Below are positions 24,981 to 38,556 of a stretch of DNA of 64,000 nt, piece by piece. Both the position numbers and the translations under genes were made by a program. The notes beneath the pieces are model-generated. The model was not told the DNA's origin, searched no databases, and saw nothing but the letters and a program-made list of their open reading frames with translations. This stretch comes from Harriotta raleighana (taxonomy: Eukaryota): positions 4,857,175 through 4,921,174 of the forward strand of contig JBNZDD010013689.1 of assembly GCA_050575255.1 (NCBI GenBank), given 5' to 3'. Position 1 is the stretch's first letter. Each line of letters starts with the position of its first letter.

Positions 24981-27900
24981 GGGCAATTAGTTAAGGAAAA
25001 GAATTGCAACAATACATATTGCTCTTGCAAAGCCTTGACATTTACTAAGATGCCCCAAAACATTTCATTTATTTGAAAAGCGCTTTACGTGCAAGTTCTT
25101 ATTGACTGGAGAACAATCCAACTTTCATTTCATCAGAAGCACCAGAACCTCAGCTCAGTGCTTCAACTATTCAGAGTGATAGACTCACAATTATAAGGTG
25201 ACTGACTGGCATCTTTATGATTATTTTAAACTTTCCCAAGAAACACCTGCGCCAAAACATATATAAAAACAAACTATATTGCCTTGCGTTGATAGGCTTC
25301 CTCTTCTGCACTTTGAATCACAATAAAATCATCAATCTCAACATTTGCAGGACTCTGAACAGCATTGTTGAATACTAAACTATTGGTATTTATGATTGAA
25401 TGGGTCCTGGTGAATGTCAACACAGGAAAATAAATACATTCCACCCACAGAAGAGTCAGGACCAGAACCCACATTCACTGCCAGGGCACATGATTAATGC
25501 ACAACTGCACAATTTGAAAGGGCATTTCATAACATCAAGTAAGTCAAACCTATCCAAAGTTAAATGGCATCAGGAAAAAATCTATGCATGTAGACTGACA
25601 AACTAAAAAAACTGGTTCCCTATCACAGACCAGATTCCAAAAATTGCAGGGATACATGGAAAGAGCGGGGAGTAGGACTCTTTCAAAGAGCCAGCACAGG
25701 CACAATGAACCATAATCTCCTTCTGTGCAGTAATATTCTATGATACTATAAGAGAATCCAACAAAAAAGCATAATCTTCTATCTTTATACTAATAAAATG
25801 ACAATGTTTGTCTGCGCTTCAAGAGGATCTCAATAACCAATTGATGAAGAGACATGATTAATACCTCATCAGAAATGTCTTGCGTCTGGGAGTGACATGG
25901 GCATATTTGTTTTTGGGTATCTCTTGTACACAAGTTCTTTTAATTTTGCATTTTTCTCTGCTTTTACACCTGTTGGCTGCTAAATTAAAGTGCTTCTGTA
26001 GAATCGTGAGTCACAGAGCACCCAAGTATGAATGCATACAAAGCCATGCAGGCCGACCGTGGCGCTGTGGCAACCTGCGTCAGAGCAAGTACATATGGAA
26101 CAAAATAAAGAACACAGGCGAAGCTAAGCCATGACAATAACAACAACAAAATTGTATTTTTTAAAAAGCACAACCAACAACAAAATTATATTTATAGAGC
26201 GTCTTTCTCGTTGGGAGGACGTCCCAAGGCACTGGCCAAGTCCTCCTACTGAGGTCTCCCAAAAGTAGTCCTCCCAGTATAGATAAAAGATGAAATGTCT
26301 GTCTGTGCGTCAATCTGCATTCAATATTGGATCCTTTGGCAGCAATCGTAGCTACAACGGGCACAGCTAGTTCAAAATAAATGCAAACCATTGCAGAGCT
26401 GAGATAGAGAACAAGGAGGCTGCAAGGTCACTTCAGATGACGAGGTGCATTGCAGCACTGGAAGAATGTAAAGCTGGTTGCAAACCAGAGCAATGAATTC
26501 GGAACGTTTCGTTGAGTCGGAAGGAACGCGCATTTCCAATAAAACATTAAAATTCAAAGCCCTCTACCCATCAATGGTGATCTAACAGCGAGTGGAAAAA
26601 AAAACCCTGTTTACTGAAAGAGCATCCAACCTTACTTCTCAGTCTCACCTTCCTCCACAATTCTTTCTAGCACATCTTTGTAGTCATTCTCATCTGTATC
26701 AGTTTGTCCTTCCATGATCAGGTACATAGTATTGTAATCCTCCCAAATATAATCCTTACAAAATGTCAGAACGAGACACTGTAATATGTATCAATATAAG
26801 AAGTCTGCACTGTACCACCTTCAAACCACAATGTAGGCTGAATGCCATCTGAACAGTTGCAGTTTTACAACCAGTGTATTTATAGTTCAACCCTAAGAGG
26901 AAAGGGGGAGGTGGTAGCAGCAAAAGCCACACATAATGTGAGCTTCAAGGCCACATGTCAATTAAACATTAACTAACTTGTTCAACGGCTTCAAAACATT
27001 TTTAAAAAAATCTGTTAGATAAAATTATGTACAAAATAGCAAATAACCCCCCCCCCCTCTTCTCTCCCACCACCCCCCCACCTACTCAGAAATCTTTCAA
27101 CTTGGGTGTTTAACCACCATTTGGTTCGCTCACTCACCTCCCTGGAAACAAAATCATTTCTCCTCCGCTCCAGTTCAGTTTTCAAATTCCCTGACACAAC
27201 TATTGACTAGTGATAATATAGTTTGATATACACAGTCAGACCAAGCATTAATGCAATGGTTTGGATCAATACAATTCACAACCTGAGTTATGACCGACTA
27301 TGCTAAAAAAAAATACCAATCAGTCAATGTTTCTGGAGGAAACGTTAACTGGTTGACCGTTTCTGAGGAAACATTTCCTAACCAGTTTCTAACTCAAACA
27401 AGATATGACAGAGCAATACTTGGGAGACGAAAGAAAGAAAGGTAAGAGATTTAGCAGTGACATTCAGAGTTTTCCAGAGCCAATTGGTACAATTGGTTCC
27501 CTGCCCCATCTGGACTTAATTTCAGCCTTGTTCCAGTCCTTCATAAAGTGCTGGTTCCAGCACAGTATTCCCAGTTCAGCATATCCACTCAGAAGAGAGC
27601 AGGGGAGGTTTTGAAGTTTCCTCTTCCAGCAAGGTGTTGATTACAAATACTGGTTTGGTTAAATATAAATTTTCCACTAGAGGTCATTGCACTGATAACT
27701 GAACCACAAAATGCTAGTCATCTAGTTTTTCTGTGAAGCTCAATCACATTTCTTGTAAAACACTGTATGGTAACTCCCCCATTCCTGAAATTCATCAGTT
27801 CCACAAATGCTTGTTTTCCTCTGGTACCACTCAAGAGGCAAACACACACCCAACACACTTCTCTGATCCTGAGAAGGCCAGGGCCAATCTAATCATCATA

Positions 27901-28379
27901 CAACCCCAGCTCAGACCAGCAACCTCATCACCGTCTACGATTTAAACCAGTGAGTTTCTGGTCTGATGTGTCACTCTACCAACATCAACCCGCCATTTCT
28001 GATTGACATGAACAATCACTAGCACTCCTGCAAAGAACTGACACCAACAACTTTTCCCTTTATTCAGCAGCCAAGCATTTGAACAGATGTAATTCGCATT
28101 TAGATTCAAAGCCACCAACTCCACCCCTTGCTGATGGAACAAACAATATCGATTCAAGTCACTGTGTTGATATTTGGAGAGTCTTAAAACATTTCTGCAC
28201 ATATCAATTACCTGAATTCCCCCCAATCCCAATAGCTTCTCAATAGTGAAATATTGCCAGGGTACAAGATGATCTCCATTGGATTCGATTTCTTTCCTCC
28301 CCAAATGATGTACTTTTTCTAACATTAGCCACCAAATCACTTTTGCTCACATTTGCAATAATCAAAATCCAGAACTTAC

Positions 28380-28574
28380 TCATGTAGCGGAAAGCTTCCT
28401 CGGTCTGGGTGGGAGAAAGCATATCGGATGCATGGCTGGGACTGTCCAGTGACTGCTCCCAATCCTTGTTCTGGTACAGGTACAGAGAATCTGCTCGGAG
28501 GCGATACTGGGGAATCTGATCTTCAATCAGGCTAACCAGTTCTACTTCAGGCAACTCCTCACGGCTGCATACAT
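28380..28574 (-). CDS. TRAK2: TRAK2 exon (DVCSREELPEVELVSLIEDQIPQYRLRADSL...EEAFRYM)
   Basis: 195 nt, ccag|AT...ATGA|gtaag; typical TRAK N-terminal motif. Confidence 0.95.
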
Positions 28575-28894
28575 CTGGTAACAAACCAAGATAAAAGTCA
28601 AAGGATGTCAGGTTACATATTACGGTCTGCTGCACCAAATGGCCTTCACTCAATGAACATGCAGCAAAATGGGACAGGTGCAGATTTAAATAGATGTGTG
28701 GATATACAGCACTATAATCTGCAGAAAGGGCATCCTTTTGGTCAAAGACCATAACTATACTGTATATGGTGATATAAATCTCTTAAATCACTGGGACGCA
28801 GGTTATTTTACACCGCTTGATCCTGGGTGGGTGGTTGGAGAAATCAGTCCCCTTACACTATCATTAGTATTCATTTGGCGCCTTTAGACTTGTT

Positions 28895-29082
28895 TTAATA
28901 ATCCTTGTATTTAATAATCCTTGAATACGATGTAGCGTTTTTCATGTGTTCTAGACAACTCAAAGTGCTTCACAGAATAAACTAAAGTGAAATGACTGTA
29001 TATTTTGTGGATGAAACGCGGCAGCCAATTGCGCACAGCATTGTCCCACAAACAGTCGTGGATTGAAGTGACCAATTTATTA
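28895..29082 (-). mobile_element. 5'-truncated SINE (similar fragments near 951, 1769, 3877, 8230, 10780, 33001, 48490, 53030)
   Basis: Core and tail of the dominant family. Confidence 0.8.
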
Positions 29083-29334
29083 CTGCTTAGGCTGCTAGCG
29101 TGTCAGATCCCAGTGAAGAAGCCTGAGCAGTAACCTAGTAACACAAAAGTCTGAGATGAATGCAACCAAGTGCGAGATATCAGGATTCAGCCAGGCTCTG
29201 GGTTTAGAATCTGGTCATTACAATACAATATTACAATTGTATAGCATCTTTTATGTCAGGAGGACATCACAAAGCTAAACTAAATTAAGTCTAAATTACA
29301 AATAAAGTAGACTAGCTTTTGCTTTTCTTCTTAC

Positions 29335-29389
29335 CCGTGATGGTCCCCGTCTCTTTATGCTCCACATTCATGGGTTTGTTTTCTGGCAT
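29335..29389 (-). CDS. TRAK2: TRAK2 first coding exon (MPENKPMNVEHKETGTIT)
   Basis: Donor ACGG|GTAAG joins phase 1 to the next exon giving ITD-VCS. First in-frame ATG at 29389 with an in-frame TAA upstream. The 5' exon boundary is uncertain (acceptor at 29408 or 29660). Confidence 0.75.
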
Positions 29390-29969
29390 CACCTGTTCAC
29401 AGGCATCCTGAAAAAATTACTCTTGTATGGGCCCCAACAGGAACAGAAGAGCTTTGCACAGACAAGGACTGGCAGAAGACGTCCCTGCTTGGTCCAACAG
29501 GCACCATCCAGGGTTTTTTCTAGTATCTCTGAATGGATTTAGGTAAAAGTCTTTGTTATGGGTCGCATCTTGGGTTACTTTGGTACCGAACTAGTAGAAA
29601 AAATATACGGGCTAATGATTCTCAGAACTCACACGATGAATCTTGCATTTAAAGGCAACCTGTAATGAACAGAAAAGGTTCAGTTAGCGTCATCAGCAGA
29701 GGAACATCTGTAGTATGGTTGGAGAAAGAAAGTCTTGGTAAACTACTGGTGGTATTGGTAAAGAGGTTCTTTATGGCTAACTACAAATGGAACTGGTTTG
29801 ACATAATACAAGAAGGGAAAACGATGTGTTCAGAAACTACATTTCAAACGTTTTAAGCATAAAAACAATTTAAAATTGTCACTTCAATCCACAACTGTTT
29901 GTGGGTGACTGCTGAGCGGAATTGGCTGCTGCTTTTCACCCACAAATATACAGTCAATTCAATTTACAG

Positions 29970-30605
29970 TATTCTTCCTCATTGGCCTTCCCAACTCTTC
30001 CATTCAAAAGCTGCAGATCACTCGAAACTCTGCAGCTCATGCCCTCTCCCCCACCAGTCTCCATAACCCCATCACATCTACTTGTCTGGCTTCATTGGCT
30101 ACCCATCTGCCAGAGGATAGAATTCAAGATCCTCAATCCTCGCTGTCAAGGACAACCATGGCCTTGTCCCATCCTACATCTTTCCACCAACCTGCTGACT
30201 CCCTACCAACCTGCCTGCTCCCTCCATTCAGCGGGCTCTGGTCTGCTCCATTTCTCCCACCCTGGTGGTCGGGCTTTCAGCTTCTCTGCCTCCACACTCT
30301 GGAACTCGACCCCATAGTCCCTCCACCTTGCTTCCTCTCATACCTCCTTCAAGGACTCTACCGGGTCTGGCCTCTTCCTAGTCCCCAAAATCTTCCGTTC
30401 CACCGTCGACGGCCATGCCCTGAGGCTCTGGAACTCCCTTCCTCACTCCCTTTGCCTCACCCCCTGCTTTCCTATTTTCAGATCGCACTTTTGATCACCT
30501 TTGGTTCCCTCCCCCTGGCTCGGCCCCAAGATCCGTTATTGGGAAGCGCTCTGAGATGTCATCTGGCATGGAGAGAGCCACATAAATCCAAGTTGTTGTT
30601 ATTGT
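29970..30605 (+). mobile_element. L2-clade LINE 3' fragment
   Basis: LHWLPICQRIEFKIL; GGRAFSFSASTLWNS; (TTG)n tail. Confidence 0.82.
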
Positions 30606-30669
30606 TAACAGCACACTTTAAATGTCAATATAAATCTGGAGAGCAAAATCCCTTAGAAAACCAACCTTA

Positions 30670-30975
30670 AATAATAATAATCCTTGTATTTGATATAGCG
30701 CTTTTCACGTCTTCTAGATATCTCAAAATGCTTCTCAGAATATGCAGTAAAGTGAATTGACTGTATATTTGTGAGCAAAATGCGGCAGCCAATTGTGCAC
30801 AGCAGTGTCCCACAAATAGTCGTGGATTGAAATGACCAATTTATTATTGGTTTTTTTTGAGGGATTATTATTAGGTGTGATTTAAGGTAACTTGCCCAAC
30901 GTTTCGCCCTGACCAGGAATTGAACCCAGGTCTCTCACTTGTAAGGCGAGTGCTCTAACCACCGAGCTACAGGAT
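30670..30975 (-). mobile_element. tRNA-derived SINE, full length
   Basis: Same family. Confidence 0.9.
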
Positions 30976-33749
30976 TTTACGATGCAATGAACTCACCCTC
31001 TATTCCAGTTTAGAGGAAATTGATAACTCACAGTACTTGCATGTGATGTAGCATCTTATGTCAAACGTCTCAAACTCAAACAGTTTTGTTTTCCAAAAAC
31101 AATGACTATTTGAAGGTGAACATGGTGGACAATTTGTGCCCATAAGTCACACAAACTGCCCCAAAGTGCATGACATGGGATCTGTAACGTTCACCTGAAC
31201 AAGCAGACGAGACCTCAGTTTAACACTTCATCCAAACAATGGCACGTCTAACAACACAGCAAACTCCAGCACTATACCACTTGACAAAGTGGCAGACGTG
31301 TTCGCCTACAAATAGGTCACTGCATTTTGTAGCCACTACAAATGACTTCACAGCAAGTCTGTGAAGCACTTCGAGACATTGACGACAAAGGCACAGACAA
31401 AGAGAGACATTTTTTGTTTTTTGAGATTATAAAACAAAGGGGTTTGGAAGGGAGAGAAACAATAAAACTTTGTATTAATCAGGAACAGCGCTGCAAAACA
31501 GAGCGAGAAAAACAGTCCTGTAATTGAAGTGGATGTGGACACATCCCTGTGAATAGAAACATCAGCACAATTTGTTGGGCTGCCAGGATAATCAGACAGC
31601 TGCCCTCCACTGACAAAGGCTCTGTAACACAAAGAGATACACAGAACATCTTTACCAATAGAATTGGCAGCAAAGCTGAAAGACCGAGCGAGCGATCGAT
31701 CACATCAACAACCTTTCTCTCCCCACCCCCCCATCGTCAAGCAAAATATTTTACCAACAAACAATCCCTTTCAACTGGCAAAAGCCCAAGAATGCCATAA
31801 TTTGGGAAGAAACTGGGTGAACGCAGAACATTTCTGAATGCTTTAATCCCAACTAATACTGTGCACACCAGGGCTTGACCCGGAAAACTAAATAGTGTTC
31901 TGGGTGGCAGATTAACATTAGAAAGGACAGATTGATGCCAGCTGTTGGGCAAAGGTCAGGCTGACTAAAGAGCAATGTACAACCGACAGCCATTGTAAAC
32001 AACCAAAGGATAAGCACAGGATTCCTCCATCAATTATTTTCATGCAGTTTTTCCAATTGTGACTTTGAAATCCCTCTACTATCTTGCTTTTCAGCTCAGT
32101 TTTTATTCCAGCCTCTGGTCGATGGCTCCGTCCCCCAGTCACTCCCATTGTTTCTCTGGTCATCAGTGACCAAATCCTCAGCAACCATGACAGCTCTTGT
32201 CCTCTGGAACTCACTTCCAAAGATATTTCACAGAGTTTGGTTGTATATGTTGTATAACCAGTGAAGAAACCACTATTGTTGATATTGACATAACAAAAGC
32301 CACCACCTTGCCTCAGGCTGGCAATGCAGCAAACATGCAGTATATAAAAATATAATTCTTGCATTTAATATAGAGCTCCATCACCAACTAGGGTGCAAAC
32401 CAGATCATATAACTTTACTGATCATCCCACATAAATACTTACATTTGATGTTGCATCACGATACAGAGGTTACAGAGGAAATTGCTTTTATGCGTAGTGT
32501 GAATTGCTGGCAAATATGCAACTAAGTTATGACCAGCAAAATCCCACAAACAGATATGAAGTCAATGAACAATTATATCTGGGGATAGATGAAGAGAAAC
32601 TCCCTTCTATTTAGTGTTATAGGATCTTTAATGTTCACCAACTGACTTGAACGTCTGATAATGTAGCACTGCACTTTACTAGCACTACACTTGAATATTT
32701 ATTGTTCAATCGATCAAGAAAAACTGTAAACATACTTATTTTGAAAAAGACTCACATAGACTAGTGCGAATGCTCTGTGGGCCATCCCCACAAGCTAGTT
32801 GTGGCCCATGGATCATGGCTGGTCTAGATTATGAACTAAAGTCCTGATATCTGTGTGTCTTGAACCAACAACTTCTGATCAGAGAAGTGAAAGTGCTACT
32901 GACTGAGCTATATAGACACACTGACCTTCGCTCCTTACACCTCTGCAGCCTGGATAGAGCAATACATGTCAGTATTTATTACAGCTATCATAATAATATA
33001 AATAATAATCCTGGCATTTGATATAGCGCTTTTCACATCTTATCGATGTCTCAAAGCGCTTCACAGAATGTACTGTAAAGTGAATTGTCTGTATATTTGT
33101 GGGTGAAAGTCAGTCAGTCAGTGACAAGCCCAACATTTTGTGCTGCCTGAATTAATCAAACCAAATCTCTTTTCTCTAAACAGCATGGTCATTTACTCAG
33201 CACAGCAAGCTACAAGTCACAGTAGGCAATCTTACACAGAAAAATTGTAAACATTCTTTCCCCTACTACACCCCCCCACACAAAGTCTACTCAACAAGTT
33301 CTAACCCGATAGTCAAAGCATTTAGCAGTGGCAAGGGAGAAGATCCCATATTTACCAAGTCTTGTGCAGAGGATAGTAGTGCACACATGCTCTCTCTCTC
33401 TCGAGCTTTAAATAAGCAAAGCAAGAACTCCACTAAACTTGACCGAACCCAGTCACGTGCTGGTTTCCGATGAAGTTTTCACTCCCATCTCAGGCTCTCA
33501 TTAAAAAAAAATCAGATGACTGCTCAATTACACAGAATAGCCGAACAGGAAATAAAATTAAAACAGCAGCTCAATTTCACTTAGAAAGCTGCACTTCCTT
33601 TTGCCAGTGTACAAATTCACATTTTACAAAAAATTTCTGAAGCATTTAAAGATAGTTATCTATGAAAGATTCATCATCAGTCCACTCTCACAAGATAATC
33701 ATGTCTTTGGAAAGTCTCAGGACAGGATTTTTTTTTGTAACTTTATTGT

Positions 33750-34064
33750 GGATCCTGTAATTCAGTGGTCAGAGCACTCGCCTTACAAGCGAGAGACCTG
33801 GGTTCAATTCCAGGGACGGTGCAACCTTAGGCAAGTTTCCTTACTCCACACACCCAATAATTCCTCCAAAAACAATGTAACTTGGTCTGTCAATCCGAGA
33901 CTTTTTGTGGGATACTGCTGTGCGCAATTGGTCAATTCACTTTACATTATATTCTGTGAAACATTTTGAGACGTCGAGAACCCGTCTTTATAATAATAAT
34001 CCATTTGTATTTGACATAGCGTGAAAAGCGCTATGTCAAATGCAAATGGATTATTATTATTATA
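33750..34064 (+). mobile_element. tRNA-derived SINE with fold-back tail
   Basis: Same family; tail duplicated in inverted orientation. Confidence 0.85.
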
Positions 34065-34859
34065 ATAACTGTATTCAAAGGTAAATCCAGCAACAAATTA
34101 TATTTGTATAGTGTCTTTCATGTTGGTAGGATATCTTAAATACTGCAGCTAATTTACCAATCAATGTTCTACAAAGCCACAACCAATTTATTTGGAGAAT
34201 TTTTGGCCAGAACAACAGTAGCTTTTCAAATAGCACAATGGGACCTTTAACGTCCACTTAAACAGGCATGTGTTGGGGAACTCAGTTCAACATGTCAGCT
34301 AAAGAATGAGAAGTTAAGCTGAGGTCCCCGACTTAAGCCATCAATGTAATACTGGCTGGGGAGTGCCACATTGATGGCCAATATTGTTGAACAGAAGAGC
34401 CCATGAAAGATCTTGCTGTGCTCACAGACACCCCAGCTTCAGTAGAAAGCATGTCTGCTTACATAATAAATGAATATAACTTGCATCTCATGATGTCTCT
34501 ATTCTTTGTATGTAAATATATGTTAGGGTTCCCTGCAACTTGCATGTGCAACTGTACAACTGTTTCACCCAAAAAATAAACATGTTTGAGACACCTAGAA
34601 GACCTGATAAGGCGTTATATCAAATGCAAGGATTGTTATAATTACAAATATTAAAATTGACTGCCTTACCTTGTTGCTCAGGAGCTAACACGGGTGGCAC
34701 AGAACAAATCTGGGTACAGCGCTAGCCTAGATTATGAGTTCAAAGCCCCAACATTCAAGGTTGAACCCACAACTCAGACAAAGGCTGCCTACTTACAGTT
34801 AGACTGGCACTTTCCACTAGAGTTGATAGAGGAAAAGCACAGTATCAGGATCAAGCATT

Positions 34860-35600
34860 TCAGTCATGCCTTGCTACAATGCACTCCTCAACTCCTATCC
34901 CTGTTCGACCATCCCACAACTTCCCTCTGCTCCAATCCTCAAATCCTCCATCGGTCCCACAGCAGCCACCCTAATTGCCCTATCCCTCATTTTCATCCAG
35001 GGCCCATTGGTCCCCGACCATGAGGATCAACCTCTTCTCCCTCATCCGCACCCTCCCTGTCAATCCTCCCCAATCGTCCCGTCCCATGCCCCACATTGCA
35101 CCTCCAACTGTCGAAAACATTGAAATTCTCACCCTCACTGAAACCCCAGTCATTCCAGGTGGCACCTTCCCCCTGACAGAGGCCACACTACCAGGCTACA
35201 TGTTCCATCGTACACCATGACCTAATTGCCATGATGGCGGTGTGGCTCTTATCTCCTGATCGCCGCACGACCTAACTCCTTACTCCTCTGGAACCTTCCC
35301 CTCCTTTCTGCACCTTACCCTTTATTACCCCTCCAACCTTTCTCTCAAAATTCTCTTTATCTATTGCTCCCAAACCCGAGGGGATTCACTCAGCTGCCTT
35401 TGCCTCTCTCGCTCCCCATCACACCCCACCTTCCCCTCCCACACTTACCCCTCGATAACTCCACCATCATATCTTCCCTCTGCACTAAACGCCTGCTCAT
35501 CCAAGGCAATTTCTATCTTCACTTTACCCCCTTCCTGCCAATTTATCCTCCCCCATCCCATTCTCCGCTTGGACATTCCACCATCAGCATTTGAACCCCC
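34860..35600 (+). mobile_element. LINE apurinic-endonuclease region remnant
   Basis: IEILTLTET...LPGYMFHRTP followed by GGVALI and LIQGNFY motifs. Confidence 0.65.
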
Positions 35601-38169
35601 ACTCGCCCTTAGAACTTCATCCCACAGTCCCTTCGCCTCATCTTTCCCCCCCCACCCCCCATCTCATTCAAAGCCCGTCAACTACGCTAGCCCTTCACCC
35701 TTCTGATCCCAACCCCCAACTCAGGTTCAATTCCCTGACTGTCCAGCATTTTCAGATGTCAGATGTCCTATTAAAGTGAAAAATGCAATTATTGTTGCAT
35801 CATAACCAATGTGAAAAGCAGAACTAAGCTTTGAACTAAATTTACACCAACAGTTCACAAAACTACCCCATGAATAGCCTACCACCGAATTCTAACAGTT
35901 TCCTTTGATTTCAAACAACAACAAAATTACATTTTCAAAACCGGATAGAATCCGAGGCAGCTCAAACATGCAGTGAGAAGCAAGAGTAAAACTGAACAGA
36001 ACAGCTCCCACAGGAAGCTACAATATTCACAATATCACAATGTACAATATTCATAAGACTTTGAATTCACAGTATTAGCTGACAGTCCAGTGTTGGGGGA
36101 GCTCTGGATTGTCCCAAGTCCCATGGCACGTCTGAAAAGGGGGTTTCTCATTGTGTCCTTGCCAACAGTGAAAAAAATGGTTTGCTCTTTTCAGGGCTGT
36201 TTGTGGGACATTTCGTGTACAAACCTGGTTGACTGTAGTCACTACATTTTGCAAAACTACTCTAAAGTGCCTGGAGATGTTTCGATGTGCTTCAACATGG
36301 TACGGTAAGAATTATTATAATATCCAGCTTCCAAAGGCATTCAATTTTCATAAAAAGGCAGAATTTTCCCAGATTCATACATGTTTCTTGAACCTGTGTA
36401 CAACCCATTATTGTAGCACATGGCACTACTTACTGTAGCACATGGCCCCACTGCCTCAGGTTCGACTTGGAGTTACCAGCACAAATCATTTCTATACGAC
36501 TAAAATCCATCTAATAATGAATCTCTGCTCAGGTTTAAAGAATCCCAACTGAAATACGTTTGGGTATTGTCAAGTCAGTGCCCGCTAACTCACAGGAACA
36601 ACAACACAGTCCAGAGTTCAGCACACGCACACTCATTAAAGGCTTCAAGGGAAGTTAGCTACTCTAAAAGTGGAAACAGCGACTGATATACAGTGCCTGT
36701 CTTATTAGGAGAAAATGAAAGTTCCCTATTATTGCAGGATAAAGAGAGTTAATGGGGATATGGGATACACAATCAAATAAACCACAGTCCCTGAAACAGA
36801 AATAGGTGTGTCACATTATTCTATGTGACATACAACATCGAGAATATCTGAGCATTTAAAAATTTCTGAAGTGTATCAACTATTTTTAGACAAACAACTT
36901 TTAAAAAATAATTTAAATTAGTACTCGGAACTGTTGTTCCAATGCATTCCACAATCAAGGGTTATTCCATCCTTAACAAGCTTCCAAGCTCAATTGCAAA
37001 ATTGCTTTTTAAATGTTATTCCCCAGACAGTGGGCTAGAATTCGGTTTCTTCTGGACTGTTGACCTTACAGCAAGGACGAGTATATTAGCACTTGGTGAA
37101 CAAGACAGATCAAGTTCCTACAGTAACCAACAGGAATGTAAAGGTCTTCCCTCACATTAGCACAGTCAAAACTAGGGTGAGATCAATGGAACCACTCGAG
37201 TCTGCCCCGCCATTTAATAAGATCATGGCTGATCTTCTAACCTAATTCCATTTACCCGCCCTATCCCCATATCCCTCTATCCTTTAGAAATCAATCTCAG
37301 TTTTGAATATGTTCAAGCACTGAGCATCCACAGCCTTCTGGGGTAGAGTGTTCCATAAATTACAGGGAATCCCAGCGATAGATAATTTCTTTTGCTGCCT
37401 ACTTCCTAGACCATTCATTCACTAATAGGTGTATTTCACACAAATTGCCAAAGGATTAAACTATAGCCTTTCTATAAAACAATGCCAATCTCAGACAGAA
37501 AATGCACTCGTCAATTCACTTAAGCGGCACTGAAGTACTATTTAAATTGTAAACAAGCAAATACAATGATGCAACATTGTACAGTGGTTCTGTACTACTA
37601 TATTATATTCTTATTACTATAGTGTATTGATTGAATGCACTGAAAACCTTGACCTTGCAACACCATTCAGCAGATTCTATGGCGATAACACACCCAGGAA
37701 ACTAGGAAAGCAAAGACAAACAGAATCCCAACCTATGAAAATTGTATATTTTGCCCATGGAGTGAATGAAGGAAAGGGGGAGAATTTTGGCAGAGGACCA
37801 GAAGAAATTTCTGCTCTTCAAAACAGTATCATGGGTTCTTCAACCTGAACCAACAGAACGAGTGGATTATTACACTACTACAACATTGCACCACAGCATT
37901 CGCTTGTTTACAATTCAAACAAAACAGATGGAGGCACCTCCTGCAATGGATGCATTTCTGGGTTTTAGCCTTTTCTGGCTCCCTACACAACCCATCTCCA
38001 AAGATTCACATTGTTAGCTTGTACTTCCCCTTTTATTTCTCAGTGTAATCTTTTCACTTGTAATGTTTTTTTAAAAATTAAATAATAAAGCAATATTCTA
38101 AACAACTGCTTTTTTAAAAAAAATATTGGTTGTACCTTACAATTACTCATACAAAATTTTACAAAACAC

Positions 38170-38556
38170 CTTTGTGACCCCATCTCCCCTATTCTCGTCT
38201 GACTCCATTGGCTCCAGAGGATCTAATTCAAGATCCTGTTTCTCACATTTAGAGCCCTCTACAGCCTCGTCTCACCCTACATCCGTGACCTTCTAAGCCC
38301 TACCGACCTGCCTGCCCCGTCCGCTCAGTAGGCTCTAGCCGCCCCACCATTGGCGAGCAATCCTTTAGCTACTCTGCCCCCAACCTCTGGAACTCCATCC
38401 CGCAGTCCCGCCGCCTCGCCCCCTCCCTGGCCTCCTTCAAGTCCCACCTCAAGACCCATTGATGGTCCCATTGGTTACTCCAAATCCCCAGCGCCTTGGG
38501 ACGTCTTCCTTACGTGAAAGGCGCTATTCAAGTGTAATTTTGTTGTTGTTGTTGTT
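38170..38556 (+). mobile_element. L2-clade LINE 3' end
   Basis: LHWL, FKIL, LWNS motifs; stem-loop tail plus (TTG)n. Confidence 0.8.

Larger units (their letters stand above)
6493..29389 (-). other. TRAK2: TRAK2 coding span (15 coding exons, 2733 nt, 910 aa)
   Basis: Exons assembled by eye with GT-AG sites and compatible phases. HAP1_N-type coiled coil (ERDRDLELAARIGQSLL) and Milton motifs (FLPEKLQIVKPIEGS, STYTFTTCRILHP). Head-to-head with STRADB as in mammals. Confidence 0.93.

Noticed and set aside
27015-27197. Alternative TRAK2 coding exon ending at the consensus donor GAG|GTGAGT (27137)
   Set aside because: The phase needed to join exon 21628 contains a stop six codons upstream; no other support, although a non-coding exon cannot be excluded.
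33750-33825. tRNA-Val(TAC) gene
   Set aside because: No clear acceptor stem; it continues into SINE core and tail and recurs in many diverged copies, so it is a SINE head.
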